Shown here in pieces: positions 1 through 7,810 of a DNA stretch of 64,000 nucleotides. Position numbers and translations under genes: made by a program. The first letter of the stretch is position 1; each line of letters opens with the position of its first letter. This stretch comes from Verrucomicrobiota bacterium. GTDB taxonomy: Bacteria; Verrucomicrobiota; Verrucomicrobiia; Opitutales; Opitutaceae. The DNA lies in assembly GCA_023457035.1 (NCBI GenBank), contig JAEWNN010000136.1, forward strand, positions 4,918-68,917, written 5' to 3'. The notes under the pieces were generated by a model that was given only the letters and a program-made list of their open reading frames with translations, was not told the origin of the DNA and searched no databases.

Positions 1-1712
1 TCCATCGTGCTGCACCGCACGGCGAGGAGCTGTTCGAGCCGAAGCAGGTATTGCGGGAAGTTGGCACCGGCGGGCACGCGGTAGAAGGCGGGCGGCGGCG
101 TGCGCTCCAGCTCGGCCTCGCGGGCGAGCAGCGCGAGGAGATCGGTGGCGAGGCGGCGCAGGGCGGCCTCGGGCTGGGCCACGGGGAAGGAGGCGTCGAG
201 GGTGCCGAGCAGCTTGGCGTCGATCGTGCGGACGAGGCGCAGCTCGACCGACCACGGCTCGGCGGCGGACTTGAGGTGGGTGACGACCACGTAGTCGGCC
301 GGCGTGTCGCCGCTGCGCGAGTACTGGGCGGCGTCGGCATCGGTCCACGACACGCAGCCGAGGACGAAGGCCGGAGCGTTGCCGAGCAGCCAGGGCAGGA
401 TCGGCCGGACCTGGGCGCGGCCGTGGAAGCGGACTTGTTCGGCGAGGAAGACCGGCAGTGCGCGGCTGAGGCGGCCGGGCGTGTCGCTCATCTGATGCAC
501 GGGCTTGTCGCCCGGTTTCGGCACTTCGGCGGTGCTGCCGAGGAAGGCGACGCGCACGAGCGCGCCGGTAGGCGCGGGGAAGAGTTCGGCGGCCGGCGAG
601 GACTCGGGCAGCCAGACCGGGCCGTCGCCCACGAGCATGGAGATCGAGGGCTTGGCGGCGGAATCGGCGGGCACGGAGCCGACGTGGGCCTTGGCGAGCT
701 CGGTGTCCCAGAAGGCGAGCGTCTCCTTCCAGTCGGGGTGTTTCTGCGCGTAGAGCTGGTCGAGGAGCGCGCGGGTGGCGTCGAGCCGGCCGAGGTCGAG
801 GTTGGCCTTGAGGAGGTTGTTGCCGACCGTGATGCCGTGGACGGCGACCTCGAAGTGCGGGGCCACAAGTTCGAGGATCTCGGGCAGGTGGCCGTGGTTG
901 CCGAGGTCGCCGCTGATCTGCATGAGCAGGTCGGTCGGCACCGGTTTACCGGCAAGCGTGAGCGCCTCGCGGAAAAGGGCCATGGCCTCGTCCAGACTGC
1001 GGCGGTCGAGCGCATCGTGGGCGAGCCAGAGGCGGGCGCGCCAACTGCCCGGGAGGGCCGCGACGCGGCGGATCGCCTCCAGCCCGGCCGGCGGACCGCC
1101 CTTCTCCTGGAAGATGGCGGTGTACCAGCCGAAGGCGTTTTCCTGGTTGGGATCGAGTTCGAGGGAGCGCCAGAGGGTCTTCAGGGCGAGCTCGGAGTCG
1201 CCGCGGGCGGAGTGGACCTTCGCGAGGTTGCTCAGGACGTAGCTCGCCTCGCCGTGCGCGCGGAGGTGGGCGGTGAGGACGCGCTCGGCATCGTCGAAGC
1301 GCTTGTTCTGGAGGTAGACGACGCCGAGGAGGACGGCGCCGCGCTCGGGGTCGGGCGAGATCTTCGCGAACTGCTCGGCCGGCTTGATCATATCGGCCAG
1401 AAAGCCGTCGTTGAGCGACTGGACGATGATCGAGTAGAGTTCGTCGGGCTGGTTCCAGACCTTCTGGAGATGGCCAACGAGCACGCTGTCGCGCCACTGC
1501 TGCTTGGTGATGAACATCTCGCGGCCGTAGGCATCGAAGACCCGGATCATGTTCGGGGCCTTGGCCGGATCGGCGGTGCCGGGAAGCGCCGGGCTGGTGG
1601 CCGGCTCGGAGTCGGCCCGCACGACGGTGCTGCCGGCCGTGACAGTCATGGCGGCGGTGGCCGCGGCGGTGGCGGCCGACTTTTTGCCGAAGAGTTTGCG
1701 GAGGAAGTTCAT
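1..1712 (-). CDS. TPR-like repeat protein. The 5' end is complete and the 3' end runs off the left edge. It is absent from the ORF track because no stop is in view.
   Basis: My own reverse-complement translation from CAT 1710-1712 gives MNFLRKLFGKKSAATAAATAAMTV...IRVFDAYGREMFITKQQWRDSVL...RFDDAERVLTAHLRAHGEASYVLSNLAKVHSARGDSELALKTLWRSLELDPNQENAFGWY... The frame stays open to position 1 and its codons are GC3-rich. The start overlaps the stop of the upstream gene (ATGA). Confidence 0.7.
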   Translation of the reverse strand, partial: MNFLRKLFGKKSAATAAATAAMTVTAGSTVVRADSEPATSPALPGTADPAKAPNMIRVFDAYGREMFITKQQWRDSVLVGHLQKVWNQPDELYSIIVQSLNDGFLADMIKPAEQFAKISPDPERGAVLLGVVYLQNKRFDDAERVLTAHLRAHGEASYVLSNLAKVHSARGDSELALKTLWRSLELDPNQENAFGWYTAIFQEKGGPPAGLEAIRRVAALPGSWRARLWLAHDALDRRSLDEAMALFREALTLAGKPVPTDLLMQISGDLGNHGHLPEILELVAPHFEVAVHGITVGNNLLKANLDLGRLDATRALLDQLYAQKHPDWKETLAFWDTELAKAHVGSVPADSAAKPSISMLVGDGPVWLPESSPAAELFPAPTGALVRVAFLGSTAEVPKPGDKPVHQMSDTPGRLSRALPVFLAEQVRFHGRAQVRPILPWLLGNAPAFVLGCVSWTDADAAQYSRSGDTPADYVVVTHLKSAAEPWSVELRLVRTIDAKLLGTLDASFPVAQPEAALRRLATDLLALLAREAELERTPPPAFYRVPAGANFPQYLLRLEQLLAVRCSTM

Positions 1713-3010
1713 GCACCCGGGCTCCTGCGCCTTCGGGGCGGCTTAGCGGCGGAGGCCGAGGTCGGCTGGGTCGGGCTCCGGTTCGGTTGCGGCGCCTCAA
1801 GCCGGCGGCGCGTGGCCTCCAGTTCGGCGGAGAGGAGTTTCTCGTCGGGCAACGCGGTGAGGTAGTCGCGCACGAGGAGCTTGTTCGGCAACGCCTCCGT
1901 GGCGTAGCGCACCAACGCCTCGCCCTTGCCGGAGCAGAGGATCACGCCCACCGGCGGATTCTCGCCGGGCTGGACCCAGTGCTCGCGGGCGTAGTTGAGG
2001 TACAGGTGCATCTGCCCGGCATCGCCGTGGGTGAAGCGGCCGAGCTTCAGGTCGAAGATGACGAGGCAGCGCAGCCGGCGGTGGAAGAAGAGCAGGTCCA
2101 CGCGGTACCATTCGTCGTCGATCCGCAGTCGTCGTTGGCGGCCGACGAAGGCGAAGTCGTTGCCGAGCTCCAGCAGGAAGGTTTCGAGATGGCGAACGAG
2201 GGCCTCCTCCAGATCGGTCTCGGAGTATTCGTCGCGCAGATCGAGGAACTCGAGAACGAGCGGATCGCGAATCTCCTCGGCCGCGGTGACGGCGTCGCCC
2301 GGCTCGGGCTTCGCGGCGCGGCCGAGCATGGCGGCCTTGTTGCGCGACAGGGCGACGCGCTCGTAGAACTGGGTGTCCATCTGCCGGCGCAGCTGCCGCA
2401 CCGACCAGCCGCCGCGCAGGGCCTCGGTGTGATAGAACGCGAATGCCTCGGGCGAGCGGGCGCGGCTCAGCAGGAGAACGTAGTGAGACCAAGGCAGCGG
2501 AAAGGCACGGGCCAGCTCGGACAGGAAGAGGGGGGACGGAGCGAATTTGCCAGACGGTGTCTGGCCCATCTCGCCGATGTCGGACTTAGCAGGCAGTGTC
2601 GGCGCGACTGGGGCGACCGGCGACTCGTTCGACACCGTCGAACCAATCCGGGGCAGAGCGGGAGATTCGTTCGACACTGTCGAACGAATTCCAGGCGACG
2701 GGAATGCCTGGTAGAATTGGCGGAATCGGACGAGGTTGGGACGGGCAAATCCACGGCCATGCTGCGCCGTGAGGTCTCGAGAAAGCCGTTCGAGCAAGCC
2801 TTCGCCGTACGCGGCCCGCTTCGCACCGCCCTGTTCGAATTCCACGATTCGACGTCCGATCTCCCAATACGTGGCGGTCATGAACGCATTGACGGCGCGC
2901 ACGCTGGCGCGGCGGGCGGCATCCAGCAGTGCACCGATATCGCCCACCAGACCGGAGTAGCCGGGGCCGAGGGGCGCGGGAGGTTGGTTGCTGGAGAGAG
3001 GCTTGGTCAT
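1709..3010 (-). CDS. YhcG/DUF1016-type PD-(D/E)xK nuclease-like protein
   Basis: This is track ORF 1709..3541. The coding-looking part starts at an internal ATG (CAT 3008-3010): MTKPLSSNQ...ATYWEIGRRIVEFEQGGAKRAAYGEGLLERLSRDL...LPWSHYVLLL...FAFVGRQRRLRIDDEWYRVDLLFFHRRLRCLVIFDLKLGRFTHGDAGQMHLYLNY. The 177 codons upstream are Arg/Pro-rich shadow. Confidence 0.8.
   Translation of the reverse strand: MTKPLSSNQPPAPLGPGYSGLVGDIGALLDAARRASVRAVNAFMTATYWEIGRRIVEFEQGGAKRAAYGEGLLERLSRDLTAQHGRGFARPNLVRFRQFYQAFPSPGIRSTVSNESPALPRIGSTVSNESPVAPVAPTLPAKSDIGEMGQTPSGKFAPSPLFLSELARAFPLPWSHYVLLLSRARSPEAFAFYHTEALRGGWSVRQLRRQMDTQFYERVALSRNKAAMLGRAAKPEPGDAVTAAEEIRDPLVLEFLDLRDEYSETDLEEALVRHLETFLLELGNDFAFVGRQRRLRIDDEWYRVDLLFFHRRLRCLVIFDLKLGRFTHGDAGQMHLYLNYAREHWVQPGENPPVGVILCSGKGEALVRYATEALPNKLLVRDYLTALPDEKLLSAELEATRRRLEAPQPNRSPTQPTSASAAKPPRRRRSPGA
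2622..2687. repeat. Two copies of a 23-bp unit inside the yhcG-like CDS, each carrying a 17-bp palindrome
   Basis: gactcGTTCGACaccGTCGAACc lies at 2622-2644 and gattcGTTCGACactGTCGAACg at 2665-2687. Each encodes STVSNES in frame. Confidence 0.7.
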
Positions 3011-3080
3011 GCGGCGAGAACGGCGTTGAGTGCACCCGGCAATTGCGCCGAACGCCCGCCCCAAAGTGTGCGAAGGAAGT

Positions 3081-3308
3081 TCATGCGTTTTCCTTCGGCT
3101 GGAGCGCGGCGAGGACGGCGCGGCCCTTGGCGGTGAGCCAGGCGCGTCGGCAGCGTTCGATCCTGTCGCCAGGGACCCGTACCTCCAGGGACTCTGGCCG
3201 TGACTCTGGCTGTGCGGCAACCGAAGCACCCGCAGCGACAAAGTCGCGCAGCGCCGCGCGCTCCGAGGCGAACTCCTTCTGCACGCTGCTGATGAAGAGT
3301 CGAAGCAT
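3081..3308 (-). pseudogene. 75-aa mini-ORF, probably the collapsed remnant of a larger DUF4062/AlbA_2-type gene
   Basis: The N-terminus MLRLFISSVQKEFASERAALRDFV matches, from memory, the start of DUF4062-containing ATP-binding/AlbA_2 proteins. The tail ...IERCRRAWLTAKGRAVLAAL resembles their C-terminal winged-helix end. Nothing lies in between. The ORF starts 10 nt after the hsdR-like stop. Confidence 0.35.
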
Positions 3309-3318
3309 GGCGAAGGCG

Positions 3319-6162
3319 TCAGGCTACGAGCTGGCGGTTCAGCTCGTCGAGCAACGGGACGAGCCGTTCGCCGAAAAGTTGATGGGCCTTGCCGAGGCCG
3401 CCACGCTGCGAGAACGGCGCGTAGTCGAAGTCGTCGGGCTCGACGGTGACAGCGGTGGCGATGTGGTCGCGGATGAGTTCGAGCCAGGCGAGCTGGTCGG
3501 GCGTGAAGGTCGTGCCGGCGGCGGCCTTGTCCATCATCCACTCGTTGAAACGCTCGCGGACGGACTCGGCGAACGGCTTGAGCACCGGCTGCTGTGCGAG
3601 CGCGAAGCGGACCAGCGGGATCAGGTCAGCGAAGCGATTCGGCACAGAACGCCCGCGGACTTTCTCGGGCGCGGTGGCGGCGAACGCGTGCCAGAGTGTT
3701 TCCTCGGTCCACGCGGCATTGGTGTCGCGCAGCTTGTTCTCCAGCTCCTTCAGCAGCGGTTCGGTGAGGCGCTGCGCATACGGGCGGGAGTAGAGAATCT
3801 GGAGCGCGGTGATCTCGGCGCGGTACTGCTCCACGTACTCGCGGAAGGACTGGACGAGGCTCTGCGCGCGGGCTTTCGCGGTGGCGTCGAAACCCTGGAA
3901 CTCGACCTGGTCGAGCGTGACGGTGTCGATCGTCTGCTCGGCGTCCTGCTTGGTCTTGGCGAGGGCGTCGCGGAAAACCGGATTGTCGAAGGGCGCGCAG
4001 GCCGCAGCAGCGAGCTGTTTGCGGGCGGCGGCGAGCGCCTCCGGCGTGGTTTCCGCGGGGCTGCTGCCGGGGCGCCCGGTGGCCTGCGCGGCGGCGACAT
4101 CGGGGTCGATGGCGCGCAGGAGTTCGCCGGAAATCTGCGCGAGCGTGCGACCGCCGGCGAGCGCGGCGAGCGACTGGCGCTGGGCGGGCGTGATCTCGCG
4201 GTCGAGGCGAGACAGGCGGCCGGCGAGAGTCGTGAGGCTGTCCTCGTCGCGTTTGCCGAGGGCGACGCCGAGGAGGAGCTTCTCGAAACCGACGCCTGGT
4301 TTGCGCTCCAACGGGCGGGAATCGGTCTTGTCGCTCTCGCACACGCCCACGGCATCGACGATGACAAAGTGGGTCTTCGCGCGGGCATCGGCGCCGGAGA
4401 CGGCCTGCAGATCGGTGGGCGAAAGCACGCGCGTGCCGCGGCCCTTCATCTGCTCGAAGTAGACCCGGCTGCGCACATCGCGGAGAAAAAGGAGGCACTC
4501 CAGCGGTTTGATGTCGGTGCCGGTGGCGATCATGTCGACCGTGACGGCGATGCGCAGCTGCGGCGATGTACGGAACTCCTGGATGAGCGAATCGGACTTC
4601 TCGTAGCGCTTCGTCTCGGGGTTGTAGGTCTTGTAGGTGATCTTCTTCGCGAAGTCGTTGCCACGGCCGAAGACCTCGCGCACGAGGTGGACGACGTCCT
4701 CGGCATGGGAGTCGTCCTTGCAGAAGATGAGCGTCTTCGGGATGAGCGTGCGGCCGGGGAAAAGATCGGTGCCGAGCGCCTCGTGGTAGGCGGCGAGCAC
4801 GGTGCGAATCTGCGACGGAACGACGACGGAGCGGTCGAGGTCGCTGGCCGCGTAGGCGAGATCCTCGTCGAGCTGCTCCCAACGGCGGGCGCGGGTCTCC
4901 TTGCTGCGTTTGTCGACAAAGAGGCCCTTCTCGACCTTGCCGCCGCGCGCCGTGACCTCAGTGCGGATGCGGTAGACGTCGTAGCCGACGTTGACGCCAT
5001 CGGCGACGGCGCGCTCGTGGCCGTACTCCATCACGAGGTTCTGGTTGAAGAAACCGATGGTCTGCTTCGAGGGCGTGGCGGTGAGGCCGACGAGATGGGC
5101 GTCGAAGTATTCGAGCACTTGGCGCCAGAGTCCGTAGATAGACCGGTGGCATTCGTCGGTGACGATGAAGTCGAAGAACTCCGGCGGGACGGCGCGGTTG
5201 TAGGCGACTTCCTTCGGGCGGGAGTCGGCGGCGCTGAGCTCGGCGGCGGACTTGTCGTCGAGATCCTCGTCGAATTCGGCCTCGCCGCGCAGAATCGAAT
5301 AGAGCCGCTGGATCGTGCAGATCGTGACGCGCGCGACGGAGTCGAGGCGGTTCGAGGTGAGGTGCTGGACGTTGTAGAGCTCGGTGAACTTGCGGCCGGT
5401 GTCGGGCGTGACGAACTGGTCGAACTCGCCCTTGGCCTGTCGCCCGAGATTGGCCCGGTCGACCAGGAACAGGATGCGGCGCGCCCCGGCGTGGCGGATC
5501 AGGCGGTAGCCGAAGGTGCAGGCCGTGTAGGTCTTGCCCGCGCCGGTGGCCATCTGGACGAGGGAGCGCGGCTGATCGGCGGCGAAGGATTTCTCGAGGC
5601 TGGTGATCGCCTCGACCTGACAATCGCGCATGCCGTTGCGCGAAAGGTCCGGGAAGCGGCGTAGGCGGGCGCGCAGGGTGTCGGGCTGCGTGAGCCAATC
5701 GGCGAGCGTCTCAGGCTGGTGAAAGGCGAAGAGCCGACGCGAACGTGGGTCCGGGTCGCGCTCGTCGCGGAAGAAGGTTTCGACGCCGGTGGACTCGTAG
5801 GCGAAAGGCAGTTTGCCGGTGTGCGACGGGAGAAGCGCGGCTAGGAAATCGGGAAGATTCTCGGCGTAATGGCCGGACTGATCGGCAACGGTGGAGAGCG
5901 TGGTGCCCTCCTTCTTCGCCTCGATCACGCCAACCGGAACGCGGTCGACGAGAAGCAGATAGTCGCAGCGGCCCGATTTCAGCGGCACTTCGCGCAAGGC
6001 GATACCGCGGGCGGAGCCGGGATTGAAAGCCCGGTAGTCCTGCACAGCCCAGCCCGCGGCGTCCAACAGGGCGTCGATCTGCGCGCGGGCGTTCTGCTCA
6101 GGTGTGCGGCTGGGTTCCACCGGTCGTGTGGGGTTGCGGGTCTGCGACCGGTGAAAAGGCAA
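3319..6162 (-). CDS. hsdR: Type I restriction enzyme R-subunit-like DEAD-box helicase/nuclease (EcoEI-type, COG4096-like)
   Basis: The motifs seen are GRCDYLLLVDRVPVGVIEAKKEG (HSDR_N-like), Walker A MATGAGKTYTA, DEAD box IVTDECHRS, helicase C (TVDMIATGTDIKPLECLLFLR) and an EcoEI_R_C-like tail FTPDQLAWLELIRDHI. The track start at 6162 is TTG. An in-frame GTG at 6120 is an alternative start. Confidence 0.85.
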   Translation of the reverse strand: MPFHRSQTRNPTRPVEPSRTPEQNARAQIDALLDAAGWAVQDYRAFNPGSARGIALREVPLKSGRCDYLLLVDRVPVGVIEAKKEGTTLSTVADQSGHYAENLPDFLAALLPSHTGKLPFAYESTGVETFFRDERDPDPRSRRLFAFHQPETLADWLTQPDTLRARLRRFPDLSRNGMRDCQVEAITSLEKSFAADQPRSLVQMATGAGKTYTACTFGYRLIRHAGARRILFLVDRANLGRQAKGEFDQFVTPDTGRKFTELYNVQHLTSNRLDSVARVTICTIQRLYSILRGEAEFDEDLDDKSAAELSAADSRPKEVAYNRAVPPEFFDFIVTDECHRSIYGLWRQVLEYFDAHLVGLTATPSKQTIGFFNQNLVMEYGHERAVADGVNVGYDVYRIRTEVTARGGKVEKGLFVDKRSKETRARRWEQLDEDLAYAASDLDRSVVVPSQIRTVLAAYHEALGTDLFPGRTLIPKTLIFCKDDSHAEDVVHLVREVFGRGNDFAKKITYKTYNPETKRYEKSDSLIQEFRTSPQLRIAVTVDMIATGTDIKPLECLLFLRDVRSRVYFEQMKGRGTRVLSPTDLQAVSGADARAKTHFVIVDAVGVCESDKTDSRPLERKPGVGFEKLLLGVALGKRDEDSLTTLAGRLSRLDREITPAQRQSLAALAGGRTLAQISGELLRAIDPDVAAAQATGRPGSSPAETTPEALAAARKQLAAAACAPFDNPVFRDALAKTKQDAEQTIDTVTLDQVEFQGFDATAKARAQSLVQSFREYVEQYRAEITALQILYSRPYAQRLTEPLLKELENKLRDTNAAWTEETLWHAFAATAPEKVRGRSVPNRFADLIPLVRFALAQQPVLKPFAESVRERFNEWMMDKAAAGTTFTPDQLAWLELIRDHIATAVTVEPDDFDYAPFSQRGGLGKAHQLFGERLVPLLDELNRQLVA

Positions 6163-6388
6163 CCGTCTCCACTCATTCGAGGCAAGGGCGGAAGGCGAAG
6201 AGATATGCGCGACAGGGAGCGTTTACGACCCCGCTCGCCAATATCCAGAAGCCTGACACAGGCGCGTTCGGCGGCCCCGCCATCCCCGCGAAGTCGGCGC
6301 GAAACCGCGCAAATTCGCCCGGCCATTGCCCCTCCAGACGCCTGTGGCCGAGTCCCGGCGGCTCCAGTTTGAGCGCCGCCAGCTACGA

Positions 6389-6498
6389 GATCGGCAAGAA
6401 GATCGGCAGAAATCTGCGGTCGATTTGCCGATTAACAGTCAAAAGTCATTTTCTAACAACGTTTGACGCCGCGCTAAAGATCGGCATTAAGATCGGCA
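6389..6498. promoter_or_regulatory. Array of GATCGGCA repeats in the divergent hsdR/fic intergenic region (candidate operator)
   Basis: GATCGGCA occurs at 6389, 6401, 6479 and 6491. These form two pairs with 12-bp phasing. An inverted ATCGGCA lies at 6426-6432. The last copy ends 4 nt before the fic ATG, and the surrounding DNA is AT-richer than the genome. Confidence 0.4.
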
Positions 6499-6502
6499 AA
6501 AG

Positions 6503-7699
6503 ATGCTCACAAAGACCGCCATTGAGCCCGTGGTTCCGACCCAGCGGCTTCAGCCGCTGGAGGACTTGGCGTGCACGGTTCTGGAGTCTGCCGCCCGGCT
6601 ATCCGCGAAGGTTCGCGAGCCGCTCCGCACCCAACTCGCGGAGCTCACGCGGTGGATGCACTGCTACTACTCAAACCTCATCGAGGGGCAGCAGACCCGC
6701 GTCCGCGACATCGAGGCAGCGCTGAAACAGGACTTCGCCGCCGAGCCGGCGAAACGGGACCTGCAACGCCTCGCGCTCGCCCACTTGGAGGTGCAGCGCT
6801 GGGCGGCGACGCAGACCGGATCGCTGCACACCGCCGAGTTCATCCGCGAACTGCACCGGCGTTTCTATGCCGCGCTGCCGGAGGAGATGCGGATCGCCAC
6901 CACCTCGGCCGGCGCCAAAACACCGCTGACGCCCGGCGAACTCCGCAACCGCGATGTCGAGGTCGGCTCGCATGTCGGCCCGCCGCACGAGCTCGTTCCC
7001 GCCCTGATGGGGCATTTTCAGTGGCGGTACGAATCCGCCGATCTTTCGCGTCTCCAGCGGATCATCGCCATCGGCGCCAGCCATCATCGGCTCGCCTGGA
7101 TTCACCCGTTCCGCGACGGAAACGGCCGCGTCGTCCGCCTCTTCTCCGACACCGTCATCCGCCAGCTCGGCATCGACGGCGGCGGCCTGTGGTCGCTCTC
7201 GCGCGGCTTCGCCCGCAACCGCGACGAGTACTACGCGCGGCTCGCCAACGCCGACCAGGAGCGCAGCACCACCAGCGCCGACGACGGCCGCGGGCACCTG
7301 AGCGAACGCGCCCTCTGGGATTTCTGCGAGTTCACGCTCCGCACCATGGTCGACCAGATCGCCTTCATGGAGCGCTTGCTCGATCTCGACGGGCTGGAGC
7401 AACGGATCGATCACTACATCCACGTCGCCGAGCCGGCGGTCGCGAAGGACGCCGACAAAATCTTCCTCCTGCTCCGCGAGGCATTGCTCCGCGGCCAGTT
7501 CGCCCGCGGTGAGGCCGGCCGCATCGTCGGCGCCGGTGAGCGCACCGGCCGCGACCTCCTTGGCCGCACCATCGCCGCCGGACTTCTCACCTCCGAGTCA
7601 CCCAAGACGCCCGTCTCCCTCGCCATCCCCGCCAAGGTGCTCGACAGCTATTTCCCGCAGCTCTTTCCTCTCAATCCAGTCGGTGGTGACGTGCGATGA
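6503..7699 (+). CDS. fic: Fic family protein, class II (intramolecular inhibitory helix)
   Basis: The Fic motif HPFRDGNGRVVR is at aa 201-212. The inhibitory motif S-N-L-I-E-G, which fits (S/T)xxxE(G/N), is at aa 57-62. The start at 6503 is ATG. Confidence 0.9.
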   Translation: MLTKTAIEPVVPTQRLQPLEDLACTVLESAARLSAKVREPLRTQLAELTRWMHCYYSNLIEGQQTRVRDIEAALKQDFAAEPAKRDLQRLALAHLEVQRWAATQTGSLHTAEFIRELHRRFYAALPEEMRIATTSAGAKTPLTPGELRNRDVEVGSHVGPPHELVPALMGHFQWRYESADLSRLQRIIAIGASHHRLAWIHPFRDGNGRVVRLFSDTVIRQLGIDGGGLWSLSRGFARNRDEYYARLANADQERSTTSADDGRGHLSERALWDFCEFTLRTMVDQIAFMERLLDLDGLEQRIDHYIHVAEPAVAKDADKIFLLLREALLRGQFARGEAGRIVGAGERTGRDLLGRTIAAGLLTSESPKTPVSLAIPAKVLDSYFPQLFPLNPVGGDVR

Positions 7700-7810
7700 C
7701 TACGGAGCCAGTCGCAAATGACATTTCTATGGCCTCGAAGCCGCCCTCGAACAATTCCGCGAGCTCGAGGAGGACCTGAAGAAGTGATGTAGCCCCAACC
7801 CAAACCACAC

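Noticed and set aside
2929-5664. Very long ORFs in the track, for example 51..1865(+), 2929..5664(+), 13177..15645(+, N-terminal part), 17703..20966(-), 23927..26491(-), 28068..30464(-), 40843..43947(-) and 55193..57832(-).
   Set aside because: Their translations are Arg/Gly/Ala/Pro/Glu low-complexity. They lie antisense or out of frame to ORFs with clear family motifs, which is the usual stop-codon depletion of a high-GC genome. Only the internal or terminal portions listed as features look like proteins.
7722-7787. A stop-to-stop fragment HFYGLEAALEQFRELEEDLKK between fic and mrr, which looks like the C-terminal end of a helical protein (possible gene remnant or small antitoxin).
   Set aside because: It spans only 21 codons and has no start codon or recognisable family. 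It could easily be chance in a 111-nt spacer.
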